From a virus, in the IMG/VR virus record IMGVR_UViG_3300024336_000001, positions 1 through 64,000 of that record: a stretch of 64,000 bases of DNA; one strand, given 5' to 3'. Each line of letters starts with the position of its first letter. Position 1 is the first letter of the stretch. The notes beneath the pieces were generated by a model, which was not told where the DNA came from, searched no databases, and worked only from the letters and a program-made list of their open reading frames with translations. The translations under genes and the position numbers were made by a program. Of the stretch, positions 18,489 to 27,012 are shown in pieces.

Positions 18489-18518
18489 AATCTCGCATAA
18501 AGTATATTATGCGAGATT
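18489..18518. other. dif/loxP-like tyrosine recombinase site
   Basis: AATCTCGCATAA-AGTATA-TTATGCGAGATT: perfect 12-bp arms with a 6-bp spacer; closely resembles E. coli dif GGTGCGCATAA-TGTATA-TTATGTTAAAT. Confidence 0.8.
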
Positions 18519-18726
18519 GTAACGCCACTCATTAGGCACAATAAAAGGGTTATTATATCAATGAAAATAAATTGTATTATAGGGGCTGAACAAGCGCAAC
18601 CGCTCCACAAGCTCCCCGAGCCCCTGCCCACCAACCCCCAACACCAAGCAATATGTATAATAAAACCTATTATCTATACACAACACGCACAATATATATA
18701 CAAAACAGCCTTATTCTATACATATT

Positions 18727-18753
18727 CAGCTTATCGGGATTGCCGATAAGTTG
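18727..18753. terminator. Hairpin downstream of the leftward ORF6N operon
   Basis: CAGCTTATCGG-GATTG-CCGATAAGTTG; no clear U tail. Confidence 0.35.
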
Positions 18754-18811
18754 CTGATAGTAGTTGTATGGTATTTCCATATAACTGGTAGTAAATTAGG
18801 TAATCCCGAAT

Positions 18812-19183
18812 TTATTTATCTTTAGTGTGTTTGTCTATGCCAAGCAACAAGTAAGAAGTTTCAATATTATTATGGTATATATCACAATGGGCACAAAAAA
18901 GGTGCTTTACATCATTGCTATTATGGCTAGTCCTCCCACACACAAAGCACGTTATAGTTGAGTTATTATCATTAACAATATAGGTAGGTTGTTCACTATT
19001 GTATAGGTGGAATAGCATTTGTTTAATAGCCTCAATGTAGGCTTTTAGTTGCGCCATATCTAGCAATAAACGCCTAATAATGGCATATAATTCAGGTTGA
19101 CTTTCAGTTGACTTGAGCTTATCTACAGTCTCATGTAGTTGTGTTTCAAGCTCTTTGAGTTTACCGATATGCGACTGAATCAA
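18812..19183 (-). CDS. Hypothetical protein with coiled coil and Zn-finger-like C-terminus
   Basis: CFVC...FCAHC motifs. Confidence 0.55.
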   Translation of the reverse strand: MIQSHIGKLKELETQLHETVDKLKSTESQPELYAIIRRLLLDMAQLKAYIEAIKQMLFHLYNSEQPTYIVNDNNSTITCFVCGRTSHNSNDVKHLFCAHCDIYHNNIETSYLLLGIDKHTKDK

Positions 19184-19779
19184 TTAAGTTCTTTCATATT
19201 ATTATCAAGCATATCTGATTTTTTTAATACCGTATGTGTGTCTTGAAAGTCATCTAATATTTTAGAAAATCTGTGTACTTCTCTACTTAATTGAAGCGTT
19301 TTATCATTTGATAACTTGCTTTCTACTTTTTGGTTTGCGTCTATAGCTTCAACTTTAGATTCAATATATTTTAGCTTTTGTTTTAGTAATTCGTATTGAG
19401 GCTGCATATATATTTGTTTTCTTAGAGCCACGAATATTTTTATAATCTTGTGGTTAATTTCAATAGCAATTTTGCTGTTTAGCACACTTGATAAAGTCAG
19501 TATGCCGTATTCATTATATACATAAGGAAGGTATTTAATGTTTTTGCCTTGTTTCAAGATTCCATTTTGGCATCTTGAAAGTTGCTCAACTTCGGATGAG
19601 GTTAATTGAAAAACAAAGTCCCCTGGAAATCGGTCAATATTTCTTTTCATTGCCTTGTTTAAATTCCCTGTTTTTACGCCATATAATTGCGCTAAATCAG
19701 AGTCTAGCATGGTTTTAATGCCTCTAAACTCGTAAATTTTTGAAGCAATATTTTCGTGTTCTACTATTGTTAAATCCAT
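19180..19779 (-). CDS. ORF6N-domain DNA-binding protein (antirepressor-like)
   Basis: IYEFRGIKTMLDSDLAQLYGVKTGNLNKAMKRNIDRFPGDFVFQLT...PYVYNEYGILTLSSVLNS. Confidence 0.85.
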   Translation of the reverse strand: MDLTIVEHENIASKIYEFRGIKTMLDSDLAQLYGVKTGNLNKAMKRNIDRFPGDFVFQLTSSEVEQLSRCQNGILKQGKNIKYLPYVYNEYGILTLSSVLNSKIAIEINHKIIKIFVALRKQIYMQPQYELLKQKLKYIESKVEAIDANQKVESKLSNDKTLQLSREVHRFSKILDDFQDTHTVLKKSDMLDNNMKELN

Positions 19780-19795
19780 TGTTTTATATCCTTAT

Positions 19796-19826
19796 ATTTC
19801 AAGATTCCAAATTGGAATCTTGAAAT
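19796..19826. promoter_or_regulatory. Perfect 31-bp palindrome, with a second copy inside the ORF6N gene at 19552-19580
   Basis: ATTTCAAGATTCCAA-A-TTGGAATCTTGAAAT. Confidence 0.75.
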
Positions 19827-20026
19827 TAGCTTCCACGCTTTTTTACTATTTTTAACTCGTGCCCGAATTTATCTAAAATATTTTGTAGCTCGCTTACTTT
19901 TAAAGTGTTTTCCCTTAGCTTTGTTCCAAGGGTGTTTTTACTAAAGCCCATATCAAGGGAAATATCTTGCACCTTTTTACCGTGTTTATATATAAGCCCT
20001 ATTAGCTCATCCTTTGTATTTAACAT
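19826..20026 (-). CDS. Small Cro/XRE-like HTH protein
   Basis: DISLDMGFSKNTLGTKLRENTLKVSELQNILD. Confidence 0.7.
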   Translation of the reverse strand: MLNTKDELIGLIYKHGKKVQDISLDMGFSKNTLGTKLRENTLKVSELQNILDKFGHELKIVKKRGS

Positions 20027-20120
20027 ACTAAAAGTATATCAGTTATTAGAGAAAATCACAATAATTGAGTTGCCAGCACATATAAATAGATAGACAACAC
20101 AAGATACCGATGATTAACAC

Positions 20121-20149
20121 TTGACACAGAAGATGAAACGCTGTAAACT
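20121..20149 (+). promoter_or_regulatory. Sigma70-type promoter of the early operon
   Basis: TTGACA-17 bp-TAAACT. Confidence 0.75.
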
Positions 20150-20155
20150 GTGGTT

Positions 20156-20523
20156 ATAGCGTTGAGAAAGCGCAGGGATGGCCAGCCCTCAGCACTATAG
20201 AAAAAGTAAAAAATTAATTGATCTTTGAAAATTTGGAAAAATAAAAGCGGTGTGGGAATGACACCTATTAAATAGAAGGTTTAGCACACTGGAAATTTAA
20301 GACACGAAACGGCTTTTTTCTATTGAATGATAATCAATAGTTTATTAACAGAGAGCAGAAAAAGCGGATAAGGATTAGGCACAAGTAAGGTTTAATCAAT
20401 CGGGCTTATTAAGATGCTGAGGCATAAAAAACACTGGCAATCTTGATGCTTAATCCTTAGACGATACCGAACAAAAATCATTAACAAACAGTTTAAAAAC
20501 TAAATTGTTTTTTAATGGTTTTT
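20156..20523 (+). ncRNA. Candidate structured leader/ncRNA with a boxA-like element
   Basis: No sizeable ORF; several stems (20156-20199, 20249-20265, 20369-20459, 20473-20523); TTGATCTTTGAAAA at 20218-20231. Confidence 0.5.
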
Positions 20524-20557
20524 AGCCATTAATTAAATAACAAATGGAGGGCATTAA

Positions 20558-20929
20558 ATGAATAAAGAATTTTTAAATGATATAGAGGGGAGCTTTAAAA
20601 AACAATTTCCCAACTCATATATTGAAACTTGGCATAGCAAAAGATTTAGCGAAACATACAATATACATTTTTCATTAGGTAAGGACAAAACGGAATATTC
20701 ACACGGAATATTTGAAAACGATCCAATGGCACATAAATTACTTGTGTTTTTTCAGGACAACGAAAACAAACCGCTTTCTTTAGAGTCTGGCGGTGGGCTT
20801 TCTGATAAAAATTACAAAACGCTAACAAGAATCAGAAAAAAACAAGGCACGGAAGAGCAGATTTTAAAACACCTTGATAAATATTTTATTGAATTAAAAA
20901 GGTTGGTTATTGAGAACAATATTAAATAA
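20558..20929 (+). CDS. Hypothetical early protein
   Basis: First ORF after the leader; GGAGG RBS. Confidence 0.65.
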   Translation: MNKEFLNDIEGSFKKQFPNSYIETWHSKRFSETYNIHFSLGKDKTEYSHGIFENDPMAHKLLVFFQDNENKPLSLESGGGLSDKNYKTLTRIRKKQGTEEQILKHLDKYFIELKRLVIENNIK

Positions 20930-20945
20930 ATAAGGACGGTGCTAA

Positions 20946-21740
20946 ATGAATACATACGAACAAAAAAAACAACGAAAAATAGAAAGATACACGGATTTAG
21001 CAGAGAAGGCCAAAAACAAAAGTGCAGATTTATATAGAACTGCAAAGAGTAAAGCAAGTGTAATTCCTTTTGGGCAGCCAATTTTAGTTGGTCATCATTC
21101 AGAAAGCCGAGACAGAAATTACAGAAAAAATATTCACAATACGTTTTCACAAAGCTACAAAGAACAGGACAAAGCAGAATATTATGAAAACAAAGCCAAG
21201 GCAGTAGAAAACAACAAGGCGATAAGCTCAGATGATCCCGAAGCAATTGCAAAGCTAAAAAGTAAGATTGAAAAGATGGAAAAGCAAAGGGCGCAAATGA
21301 CGGCCATAAATAAAGCTTGGCGAGCTTATGCAAAAAAGCAAGATAAAAAGCCCTTGAATGAATTGAATTATAGCGATGAGGATATTTTAAAGTTAGAAAA
21401 AACTATTGAAAATAGTTATTCCATGGATAAAATCCCCTTTCCAACATACATGTCATCAAATCTTGGCCAAAACATAAGGGCAGCAAAGCAAAGGCTAGAA
21501 AAGCTTGAAACCAGAAAAAACCACACGACACAAGAAAAAATCATTAAAGGCATAAAAATTGTTGATAACGTGGAAGAAAACAGACTGCAAATGTTTTTTG
21601 CTGGTAAGCCTGAGCAAAGCATTAGGACAGAATTAAAACGAAATGGCTTTAGGTGGTCGCCTAGAAATGGGTGCTGGCAAGCGTTTATAAATAATAGGGC
21701 AAGGTATGGAGCGGAAAGGGTTTTAAATTTAATTGACTAA
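20946..21740 (+). CDS. DUF3560-domain protein
   Basis: IPFGQPILVGHHSE.R.R motif; C-terminal LKRNGFRWSPRNGCWQ. Confidence 0.85.
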   Translation: MNTYEQKKQRKIERYTDLAEKAKNKSADLYRTAKSKASVIPFGQPILVGHHSESRDRNYRKNIHNTFSQSYKEQDKAEYYENKAKAVENNKAISSDDPEAIAKLKSKIEKMEKQRAQMTAINKAWRAYAKKQDKKPLNELNYSDEDILKLEKTIENSYSMDKIPFPTYMSSNLGQNIRAAKQRLEKLETRKNHTTQEKIIKGIKIVDNVEENRLQMFFAGKPEQSIRTELKRNGFRWSPRNGCWQAFINNRARYGAERVLNLID

Positions 21741-21768
21741 GTTAAACACCGGCGAAAGGCAATAAATT

Positions 21769-22002
21769 ATGAACAAAACACTTGTTAAAAAGGTAAAGAA
21801 ATGGGCTATTTACTATTACAGGAACGCCAACACAAACAAAATAAATCTACTCCTAGAGGGTATTAAGTGCGGAAAAATAGATTATCCTTTGCAGTATCCT
21901 AGCGGATTTGTGGTTTATAACAATCCTTATATTTTACCAAAATATTTAAAAGACTATGTAAGCGCAAACTATAAAAAGTTAATCGAGGAGGCTTTAAGAT
22001 GA
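21769..22002 (+). CDS. Hypothetical early protein
   Basis: ORF track; ATGA coupling. Confidence 0.55.
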   Translation: MNKTLVKKVKKWAIYYYRNANTNKINLLLEGIKCGKIDYPLQYPSGFVVYNNPYILPKYLKDYVSANYKKLIEEALR

Positions 22003-22379
22003 AATATTTAAGTAATTATACAGAGGCAGCACAAACAGAGCTTTTTAATGAAACAGGGGCTTTCTTTGCTTTTTCTACAAAGCAATTTAACGAAGCTAAA
22101 AAAGAGGGTGTCACATATGTTGATTTAGGGGCAGGCTTAATAGCCCCAAAGGAACAATCAAAAAAGTTAATGGATGGTTTAGCCGAAATACAGCAAAAAG
22201 GTATTGAGCTAGATTTAAAAGAAAATGGCAAAAAAAATATTATATTGCGTGAGTTGGGCAATTATGAATGTTTTTATAGCTATGATATTGATCCTTGTTG
22301 TGATGCTTTAGAGCAATACGGAATAACTAGAGAGGAAATAGCAACGGTGTTTAATGAAAATAAACATATAGACGAATAA
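21999..22379 (+). CDS. Conserved phage hypothetical protein
   Basis: GAFFAFSTKQFNEA...ELGNYEC pattern resembling phage early proteins. Confidence 0.65.
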   Translation: MKYLSNYTEAAQTELFNETGAFFAFSTKQFNEAKKEGVTYVDLGAGLIAPKEQSKKLMDGLAEIQQKGIELDLKENGKKNIILRELGNYECFYSYDIDPCCDALEQYGITREEIATVFNENKHIDE

Positions 22380-22391
22380 AAGGGGCAAGCT

Positions 22392-22673
22392 ATGAATAAA
22401 AAAAAATATGAACAGGAATTGAAGCGAATTAGATCGGGCAATGTAGATACTCAAAAAGTCATTTTACACATAGTACAAAGCGAAGCAGACAAAGAAGGGC
22501 ATTATATCCCTGCTATGGTTCATGAGGGTGTAAAAGGCTATAGCAAAACCTTAATTGATTGGAAAATTAAAGACTATAGCGAGGCTTTAAAAATAGCGCA
22601 GGAAGGCAATTTAGCTTCTGGTTTTTCAATAGAAACACAACAGGCAATTATCACATATTCAATGTTTGGATAG
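22392..22673 (+). CDS. Hypothetical early protein
   Basis: ORF track; RBS. Confidence 0.55.
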   Translation: MNKKKYEQELKRIRSGNVDTQKVILHIVQSEADKEGHYIPAMVHEGVKGYSKTLIDWKIKDYSEALKIAQEGNLASGFSIETQQAIITYSMFG

Positions 22674-22687
22674 AAAGGCGGTGAAAA

Positions 22688-22843
22688 ATGAAATTTTACG
22701 CACAGAGTGAAAAACTTAAAACAAAGCACTATTTTTATGCAAAAAACTTTGTTGAGGCAAGGCATTGGGTAGTAAATCACCTAGATTTAAGCGGTGATTG
22801 GTTTATAAATAAAGCAAAAAAACAAAGGAGTGAAAGGCGGTGA
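22688..22843 (+). CDS. Small hypothetical protein, not in the ORF track
   Basis: MKFYAQSEKLKTKHYFYAKNFVEARHWVVNHLDLSGDW...; AAAGGCGGTGA RBS. Confidence 0.6.
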   Translation: MKFYAQSEKLKTKHYFYAKNFVEARHWVVNHLDLSGDWFINKAKKQRSERR

Positions 22844-22847
22844 ACAG

Positions 22848-23051
22848 GTGGACAAAGTTTACACCAGTAAGCACGAAAGCAGAGTTTATTTTGACGACCA
22901 CACAGTAGCCCGACTAACTATAGAGTACGCAAACGAGAACAGACCATTTGAAGCGGTTTTTTGTCCTGTAGGCGATATTTTAACGGTAATCCGACAACGC
23001 AGTATTTTAAAATTTAAAACGAAAGGCGGTGAAAAAGTTAATGGTAATTGA
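22848..23051 (+). CDS. Small hypothetical protein
   Basis: GTG start after an AAAGGCGGTGA RBS, in the frame of track ORF 22830-23051. Confidence 0.5.
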   Translation: MDKVYTSKHESRVYFDDHTVARLTIEYANENRPFEAVFCPVGDILTVIRQRSILKFKTKGGEKVNGN

Positions 23052-23160
23052 AATGGTACAAGTAAGCCCTGGGGTGTTCGCACCAGCAAGCACAGACACC
23101 CAAGGGCAGAAAGCCAAGCACCTTAATGAATGGCTCTATAGAATACAAAGTATAAAATAG
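23041..23160 (+). CDS. Very small hypothetical protein, not in the ORF track
   Basis: MVIEMVQVSPGVFAPAST..., 39 aa; AAAGGCGGTGA RBS. Confidence 0.4.
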   Translation: MVIEMVQVSPGVFAPASTDTQGQKAKHLNEWLYRIQSIK

Positions 23161-23179
23161 CCGTTCCAAAGAATCAAAT

Positions 23180-23211
23180 AAAAATGTGGGGCTTTATCTC
23201 CCCACATTTTT
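23180..23211 (+). terminator. Intrinsic terminator-like hairpin inside the early operon
   Basis: AAAAATGTGGGG-CTTTATCT-CCCCACATTTTT. Confidence 0.6.
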
Positions 23212-23230
23212 AAGCGAAAGGAAAGAAATC

Positions 23231-23803
23231 ATGAGCAAATACCAAGATATTAAAGACAAATTAAGCAAGTTAATTGATAACAAGATTACAATTTATATAA
23301 TGAATGACTTTGGTTTTCCGTGCATTATTCATACAGTTTTAAACAAGGTTGAAATGGGGAGCTATGCACAATACAGGGAAGCATTAACGATTATACATAA
23401 ACCCAAGGGTAAGCGTAATTTAAGAGGGTTTAGAATGTACGGAAGTCATAAGGTATTTTTAATATGGGAGGGCTGGAAAGACATTGACCCGCAAGCCTTT
23501 GTTAAGGGTGAATCAAAAAATCCAGAGGTAACTATAACAAAGTCAAAATACACTTGCTTTAATAGTGGATATACAACAGATATTTTGAACTCTACCGAAA
23601 AGCCATATCTAGCAATTAACACACCAGAAGAAGTAGAGCGGTTATATGATTTATCACCGGAACAGAAAAAAGAAGTTGAAGAGCTGATTAAAACACACGG
23701 AAATATCATCCCTGAATTATATACGAACAGATTAGGCTTAACACCAAGACACGTCACGCAGAATTTTGAAGGCGTAAAAGTTTTGTTAGGGGGGTGTGTT
23801 TAA
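23231..23803 (+). CDS. Hypothetical early protein
   Basis: Likely start MSKYQ after the AAGGA RBS. Confidence 0.6.
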   Translation: MSKYQDIKDKLSKLIDNKITIYIMNDFGFPCIIHTVLNKVEMGSYAQYREALTIIHKPKGKRNLRGFRMYGSHKVFLIWEGWKDIDPQAFVKGESKNPEVTITKSKYTCFNSGYTTDILNSTEKPYLAINTPEEVERLYDLSPEQKKEVEELIKTHGNIIPELYTNRLGLTPRHVTQNFEGVKVLLGGCV

Positions 23804-24294
23804 TGGCTTTCATAGATTATGAAACGGAATACGGAACAGTAAGCAGAGACACAAATGTTTATGGAGCAAATGTATACATAGAAAACGGTCAAGGCTGTGG
23901 CACTATTTGGTTTAATACAGTAGCTCAGGCAAAGAAAGCGTTAAAAGCCGATGGAATTAAAAGAGGCAGCGATCTTGCAGACTGTACGAAATGCTCTTGT
24001 CATTATTCTTACGGAACTAAAGAGCATAAAAAATATCCTGAATATCTTTGTCGTGATGCGAAATTGAAGTATGCAAAACAATTTACATACAAGAAAACTA
24101 AGAAACAAGCAGCCATAGACAAAGAAATAAAGAGGTATTTCAAGGAAATTGTTAAAAGTAATAAGGTGGTCTTTGAATCCGAAGTAAGCCCAAAAGATTT
24201 GATGTCATTAGAGGTTCAGATCAGAACAGGCTTAAAAATTCGGATGAGAGCAAAAACAAACTTTACTGTATATGAAGTATTAGAAGCTAATTAG
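23803..24294 (+). CDS. Hypothetical early protein
   Basis: TAATG coupling; contains a CTKC motif. Confidence 0.55.
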   Translation: MAFIDYETEYGTVSRDTNVYGANVYIENGQGCGTIWFNTVAQAKKALKADGIKRGSDLADCTKCSCHYSYGTKEHKKYPEYLCRDAKLKYAKQFTYKKTKKQAAIDKEIKRYFKEIVKSNKVVFESEVSPKDLMSLEVQIRTGLKIRMRAKTNFTVYEVLEAN

Positions 24295-24313
24295 AAAAAG
24301 GGGAGCAAGAAAG

Positions 24314-24508
24314 ATGAATACAAAGACAATTTTAGAACAAGCCAAAAAAGGCAAGACATTAGTATTTAAAATGAAATGTATTTGTAAAAGTGATTATGCT
24401 AGTAAAGCACCGATAACAGGAGTCAAAGAAAATGGGTGTGTATATGTAACTTTTATGGGGATTAAGAGGTTTGTTGTAGATCCCACGGAAATTGAAGAAA
24501 TTATATAA
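24314..24508 (+). CDS. Hypothetical early protein
   Basis: GGGAG RBS. Confidence 0.5.
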   Translation: MNTKTILEQAKKGKTLVFKMKCICKSDYASKAPITGVKENGCVYVTFMGIKRFVVDPTEIEEII

Positions 24509-24522
24509 AGGGAGGTAAGGCA

Positions 24523-24861
24523 GTGGATAAAAAGCATACTCAAGGGAAATGGGAGGTAATTACGCAAGGTGAAGAGGTTGTTATTGTTTGTAAAAAACAA
24601 GGGGGTGACAACCTGAACAGAATAGCAACTTGTAACACTGATTGGCCGAGCAGGTATAGGCACTATGAAAAGACCAGAGAGCTAACACAGGCCGAAGTTA
24701 TGGCAAACGCACAATTAATAGCAATGGCTCCGCAGATGCTTGAGTGCTTAACGCAATTATTAAAACGAATAAAGCAGGGCGAAAAAATAACGTGGGGTGA
24801 TGAGTGCTTTGAAGCTTCAAAAGTTGTTAATGAAGCCTTGGGTAATCCTTGTCCATTTTAA
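24523..24861 (+). CDS. Phage hypothetical protein
   Basis: KHTQGKW...ANAQLIAMAPQMLE, a motif common in phage early proteins. Confidence 0.65.
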   Translation: MDKKHTQGKWEVITQGEEVVIVCKKQGGDNLNRIATCNTDWPSRYRHYEKTRELTQAEVMANAQLIAMAPQMLECLTQLLKRIKQGEKITWGDECFEASKVVNEALGNPCPF

Positions 24862-24882
24862 AATAAGAAGGGAGCTGAAATT

Positions 24883-25059
24883 ATGAGTTTAATAGCGACA
24901 ATAACAGAAGAAATATTGTCAGATGATACAGACCAATCAAATAGGTTACAGTCTCTTTATGAGAACGGAACAGAGCAGGACAGGAAGGCTATTGATGAAG
25001 CTATGATGTGCGTTTGTGGGTGGACACTAGAGACATTAATTCAAAGGGCAGGTGGGTAG
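24883..25059 (+). CDS. Small hypothetical protein, not in the ORF track
   Basis: MSLIATITEEILSDD...CGWTLETLIQRAGG; AAGGGAG RBS. Confidence 0.55.
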   Translation: MSLIATITEEILSDDTDQSNRLQSLYENGTEQDRKAIDEAMMCVCGWTLETLIQRAGG

Positions 25060-25061
25060 TT

Positions 25062-25301
25062 ATGGACAAAGAAAGACTAGAAAGAATCAGAAAAGGGGAA
25101 TCGATCGCTATTTTTTGGGGTTTTGAAGATATTTTAGGAGAAGCAAAAGAAATGGGCATCAAACTAACAAAGGAACAGGCCAAGGAAATCTTACAGGAAA
25201 TCGACATGCGACATGATGCAACAATAGGTGTTAATTGGGATGTTTTGAGAGTCTATATTGAGAATTATTCTAGTGAAAGGGGGCTTGAGTCGAATGAATA
25301 A
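25062..25301 (+). CDS. Hypothetical protein (HDATIGVNWD domain)
   Basis: Likely start MDKERL; paralogous to the C-terminus of 25521-25949. Confidence 0.6.
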   Translation: MDKERLERIRKGESIAIFWGFEDILGEAKEMGIKLTKEQAKEILQEIDMRHDATIGVNWDVLRVYIENYSSERGLESNE

Positions 25302-25515
25302 ATGTAACGATAAAGTTAGTGGCTTGATTTTTGACGATTGGACACCACAAGAACAGGGGCAAAATTACGATACGGATACGTGGACGCAGGTATGTACCAA
25401 ATGCGCTAATAAACACAAATTAAAAAACTTAGATGATGCAGGGCAAGGGATTTGTGGGGTTGAAGGCTGTGAAAACGAGTCAGATTATTATTATGATTTT
25501 AATAGAGAGGAGTAA
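25294..25515 (+). CDS. Small Cys-rich protein
   Basis: Likely start MNKC; CTKC and CGVEGC motifs. Confidence 0.55.
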   Translation: MNKCNDKVSGLIFDDWTPQEQGQNYDTDTWTQVCTKCANKHKLKNLDDAGQGICGVEGCENESDYYYDFNREE

Positions 25516-25520
25516 AGCAA

Positions 25521-25949
25521 ATGATTGAAGCAACAGTAAGAAAGGATTTAAGAGAGCAAGGCGACCGGCCAGCAACAAACGCCGGAGCTTTGCCGGCAGA
25601 GTTAATGAATAGCACCTTTGAGGCAATACAGCCGGACGAATTGGGTGAGTTTGGGGATTTTTATAACATGGCAATTAAAGTAAAGGGCGATACGGATCAA
25701 ATGTATTTGGTTAATAGCATTGATTTTGATTTTGACCAATCAACAAGAATCAGAACAAAAGCCTTTGGATTTAATCACGATGATGTACGACAAAAGCACG
25801 AAGAAATGAGAGAGGACGACAAAGATTTGCCAGAAACCCTGACAGATAAGCAGTGTAGCGATGTGCTGGATTATATGCTAAATAAGGGCGATGTGAGCAT
25901 AGGCATAGGTTGGGATACGGTTGAGTTCGCTATTGAGGAGGTGATTTAA
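25521..25949 (+). CDS. Hypothetical acidic protein
   Basis: GAGGAG RBS; C-terminal paralogous domain. Confidence 0.6.
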   Translation: MIEATVRKDLREQGDRPATNAGALPAELMNSTFEAIQPDELGEFGDFYNMAIKVKGDTDQMYLVNSIDFDFDQSTRIRTKAFGFNHDDVRQKHEEMREDDKDLPETLTDKQCSDVLDYMLNKGDVSIGIGWDTVEFAIEEVI

Positions 25950-26140
25950 TGCAAAAAATGACAGAGAAAACAATCAAGGGCGAGCCAAGATGTAAGCACG
26001 TACTAATTGATGGGGCTGGTACTTATTGCGAAAAAAAACCGACACCCGAACACAAATGGCATAAATACCATAGAACAGATTGCTATGGGCTAAAGGGTAG
26101 CTGTCGGTTTTTAGAAAATTATGAGCAAGGAGAGAATTAA
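25949..26140 (+). CDS. Small Cys-rich protein
   Basis: GGAGGTGA RBS; coupled. Confidence 0.55.
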   Translation: MQKMTEKTIKGEPRCKHVLIDGAGTYCEKKPTPEHKWHKYHRTDCYGLKGSCRFLENYEQGEN

Positions 26141-26141
26141 C

Positions 26142-26297
26142 ATGGCAACCAAAGAATTAGTTGAAACACCAATTGAGGCATTGGAAGAAATAGTTAGGCT
26201 GCGAGAGCGAGGCAACACAAGGGGAATTCTTGATAATGACGAAGGGGTTAGAACGGTTTGGGACAAATATACCATTGAATCATTTGATAATAATTAG
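26142..26297 (+). CDS. Small hypothetical protein, not in the ORF track
   Basis: MATKELVETPIEALEEIVRL...; AGGAG RBS. Confidence 0.5.
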   Translation: MATKELVETPIEALEEIVRLRERGNTRGILDNDEGVRTVWDKYTIESFDNN

Positions 26298-26308
26298 GAG
26301 GAAATATT

Positions 26309-26488
26309 ATGTCAGAACAACAAACATTTTCAGTAACTTATGCCGAAACAAGATATTACACTAAGCAATTTGAGGCTAAAACAAAAGAAGAGGCTCTTGA
26401 TAAGGCATCCGAGGATTGGTGCGAAGTTGGCGATTGGAACGATACCCAAAGCCCCGATGTAGGGATGCATGATGTTGCCCAATTATAA
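26309..26488 (+). CDS. Small DpnD/PcfM-like protein, not in the ORF track
   Basis: TFSVTYAETRYYTKQFEAKTKEEAL; AGGAGG RBS. Confidence 0.55.
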   Translation: MSEQQTFSVTYAETRYYTKQFEAKTKEEALDKASEDWCEVGDWNDTQSPDVGMHDVAQL

Positions 26489-26511
26489 AAATAAAGAAGG
26501 GAGCAAAAACA

Positions 26512-27009
26512 GTGAGTAAGCAAAAAGAATTAGCAAATAAATATCATACTTGTAAGTGTAATGATAGGTTGATGGCGATTGATTGGGAATCCACAGCGTT
26601 GGTTGAAGTAGACTTTGAAAAAGCGAATAACATTAAGCCGTCAGGAAGACTTATTTGGTTTGTATCTTCGTGCAGAACTTGTGACGGACGTATTTTGCAT
26701 GGCTGTTCGTTTTGTGATTATAGGGTTGTTGGGGAAGAATTAATCAACAAGGCCCTCAAAGAAGCCAAGCGAAAAGTAAATAATTCATATGGCTTAATGG
26801 ATACATTAAAAAAGTTGTGGCAAAAAAAGAACTTAGAGGTATTATGGGAAAAATTAGGAGATGTTCCGGTAAATGATGATGGAAAAATTGAAGAATCTTT
26901 TTTAGATTTTGAGGTTGGAACAGATAGAGAGGATATTTGGCATTGGTTTGAAGAACAGAACCCCGATATTTCGGTGGCAAAATTAATGTACAGTGGAAAG
27001 GGGCAATAA
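26512..27009 (+). CDS. Hypothetical protein
   Basis: Cys-rich N-terminus; C-terminal LWEKLGDVPV...FEVGTDREDIWHWFE phage domain. Confidence 0.6.
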   Translation: MSKQKELANKYHTCKCNDRLMAIDWESTALVEVDFEKANNIKPSGRLIWFVSSCRTCDGRILHGCSFCDYRVVGEELINKALKEAKRKVNNSYGLMDTLKKLWQKKNLEVLWEKLGDVPVNDDGKIEESFLDFEVGTDREDIWHWFEEQNPDISVAKLMYSGKGQ

Positions 27010-27012
27010 ACT

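Noticed and set aside
17443-18749. Track ORFs in the non-coding hub (17443-17670, 17829-18056, 18104-18400, 18147-18428, 18431-18634, 18561-18749)
   Set aside because: They overlap repeats, recombination sites or each other, lack clear RBSs and have implausible composition.
22673-23035. Three copies of GAAAGGCGGTGAA as a regulatory repeat
   Set aside because: Each precedes a start codon and is a one-mismatch extended Shine-Dalgarno (AAAGGAGGTGA).
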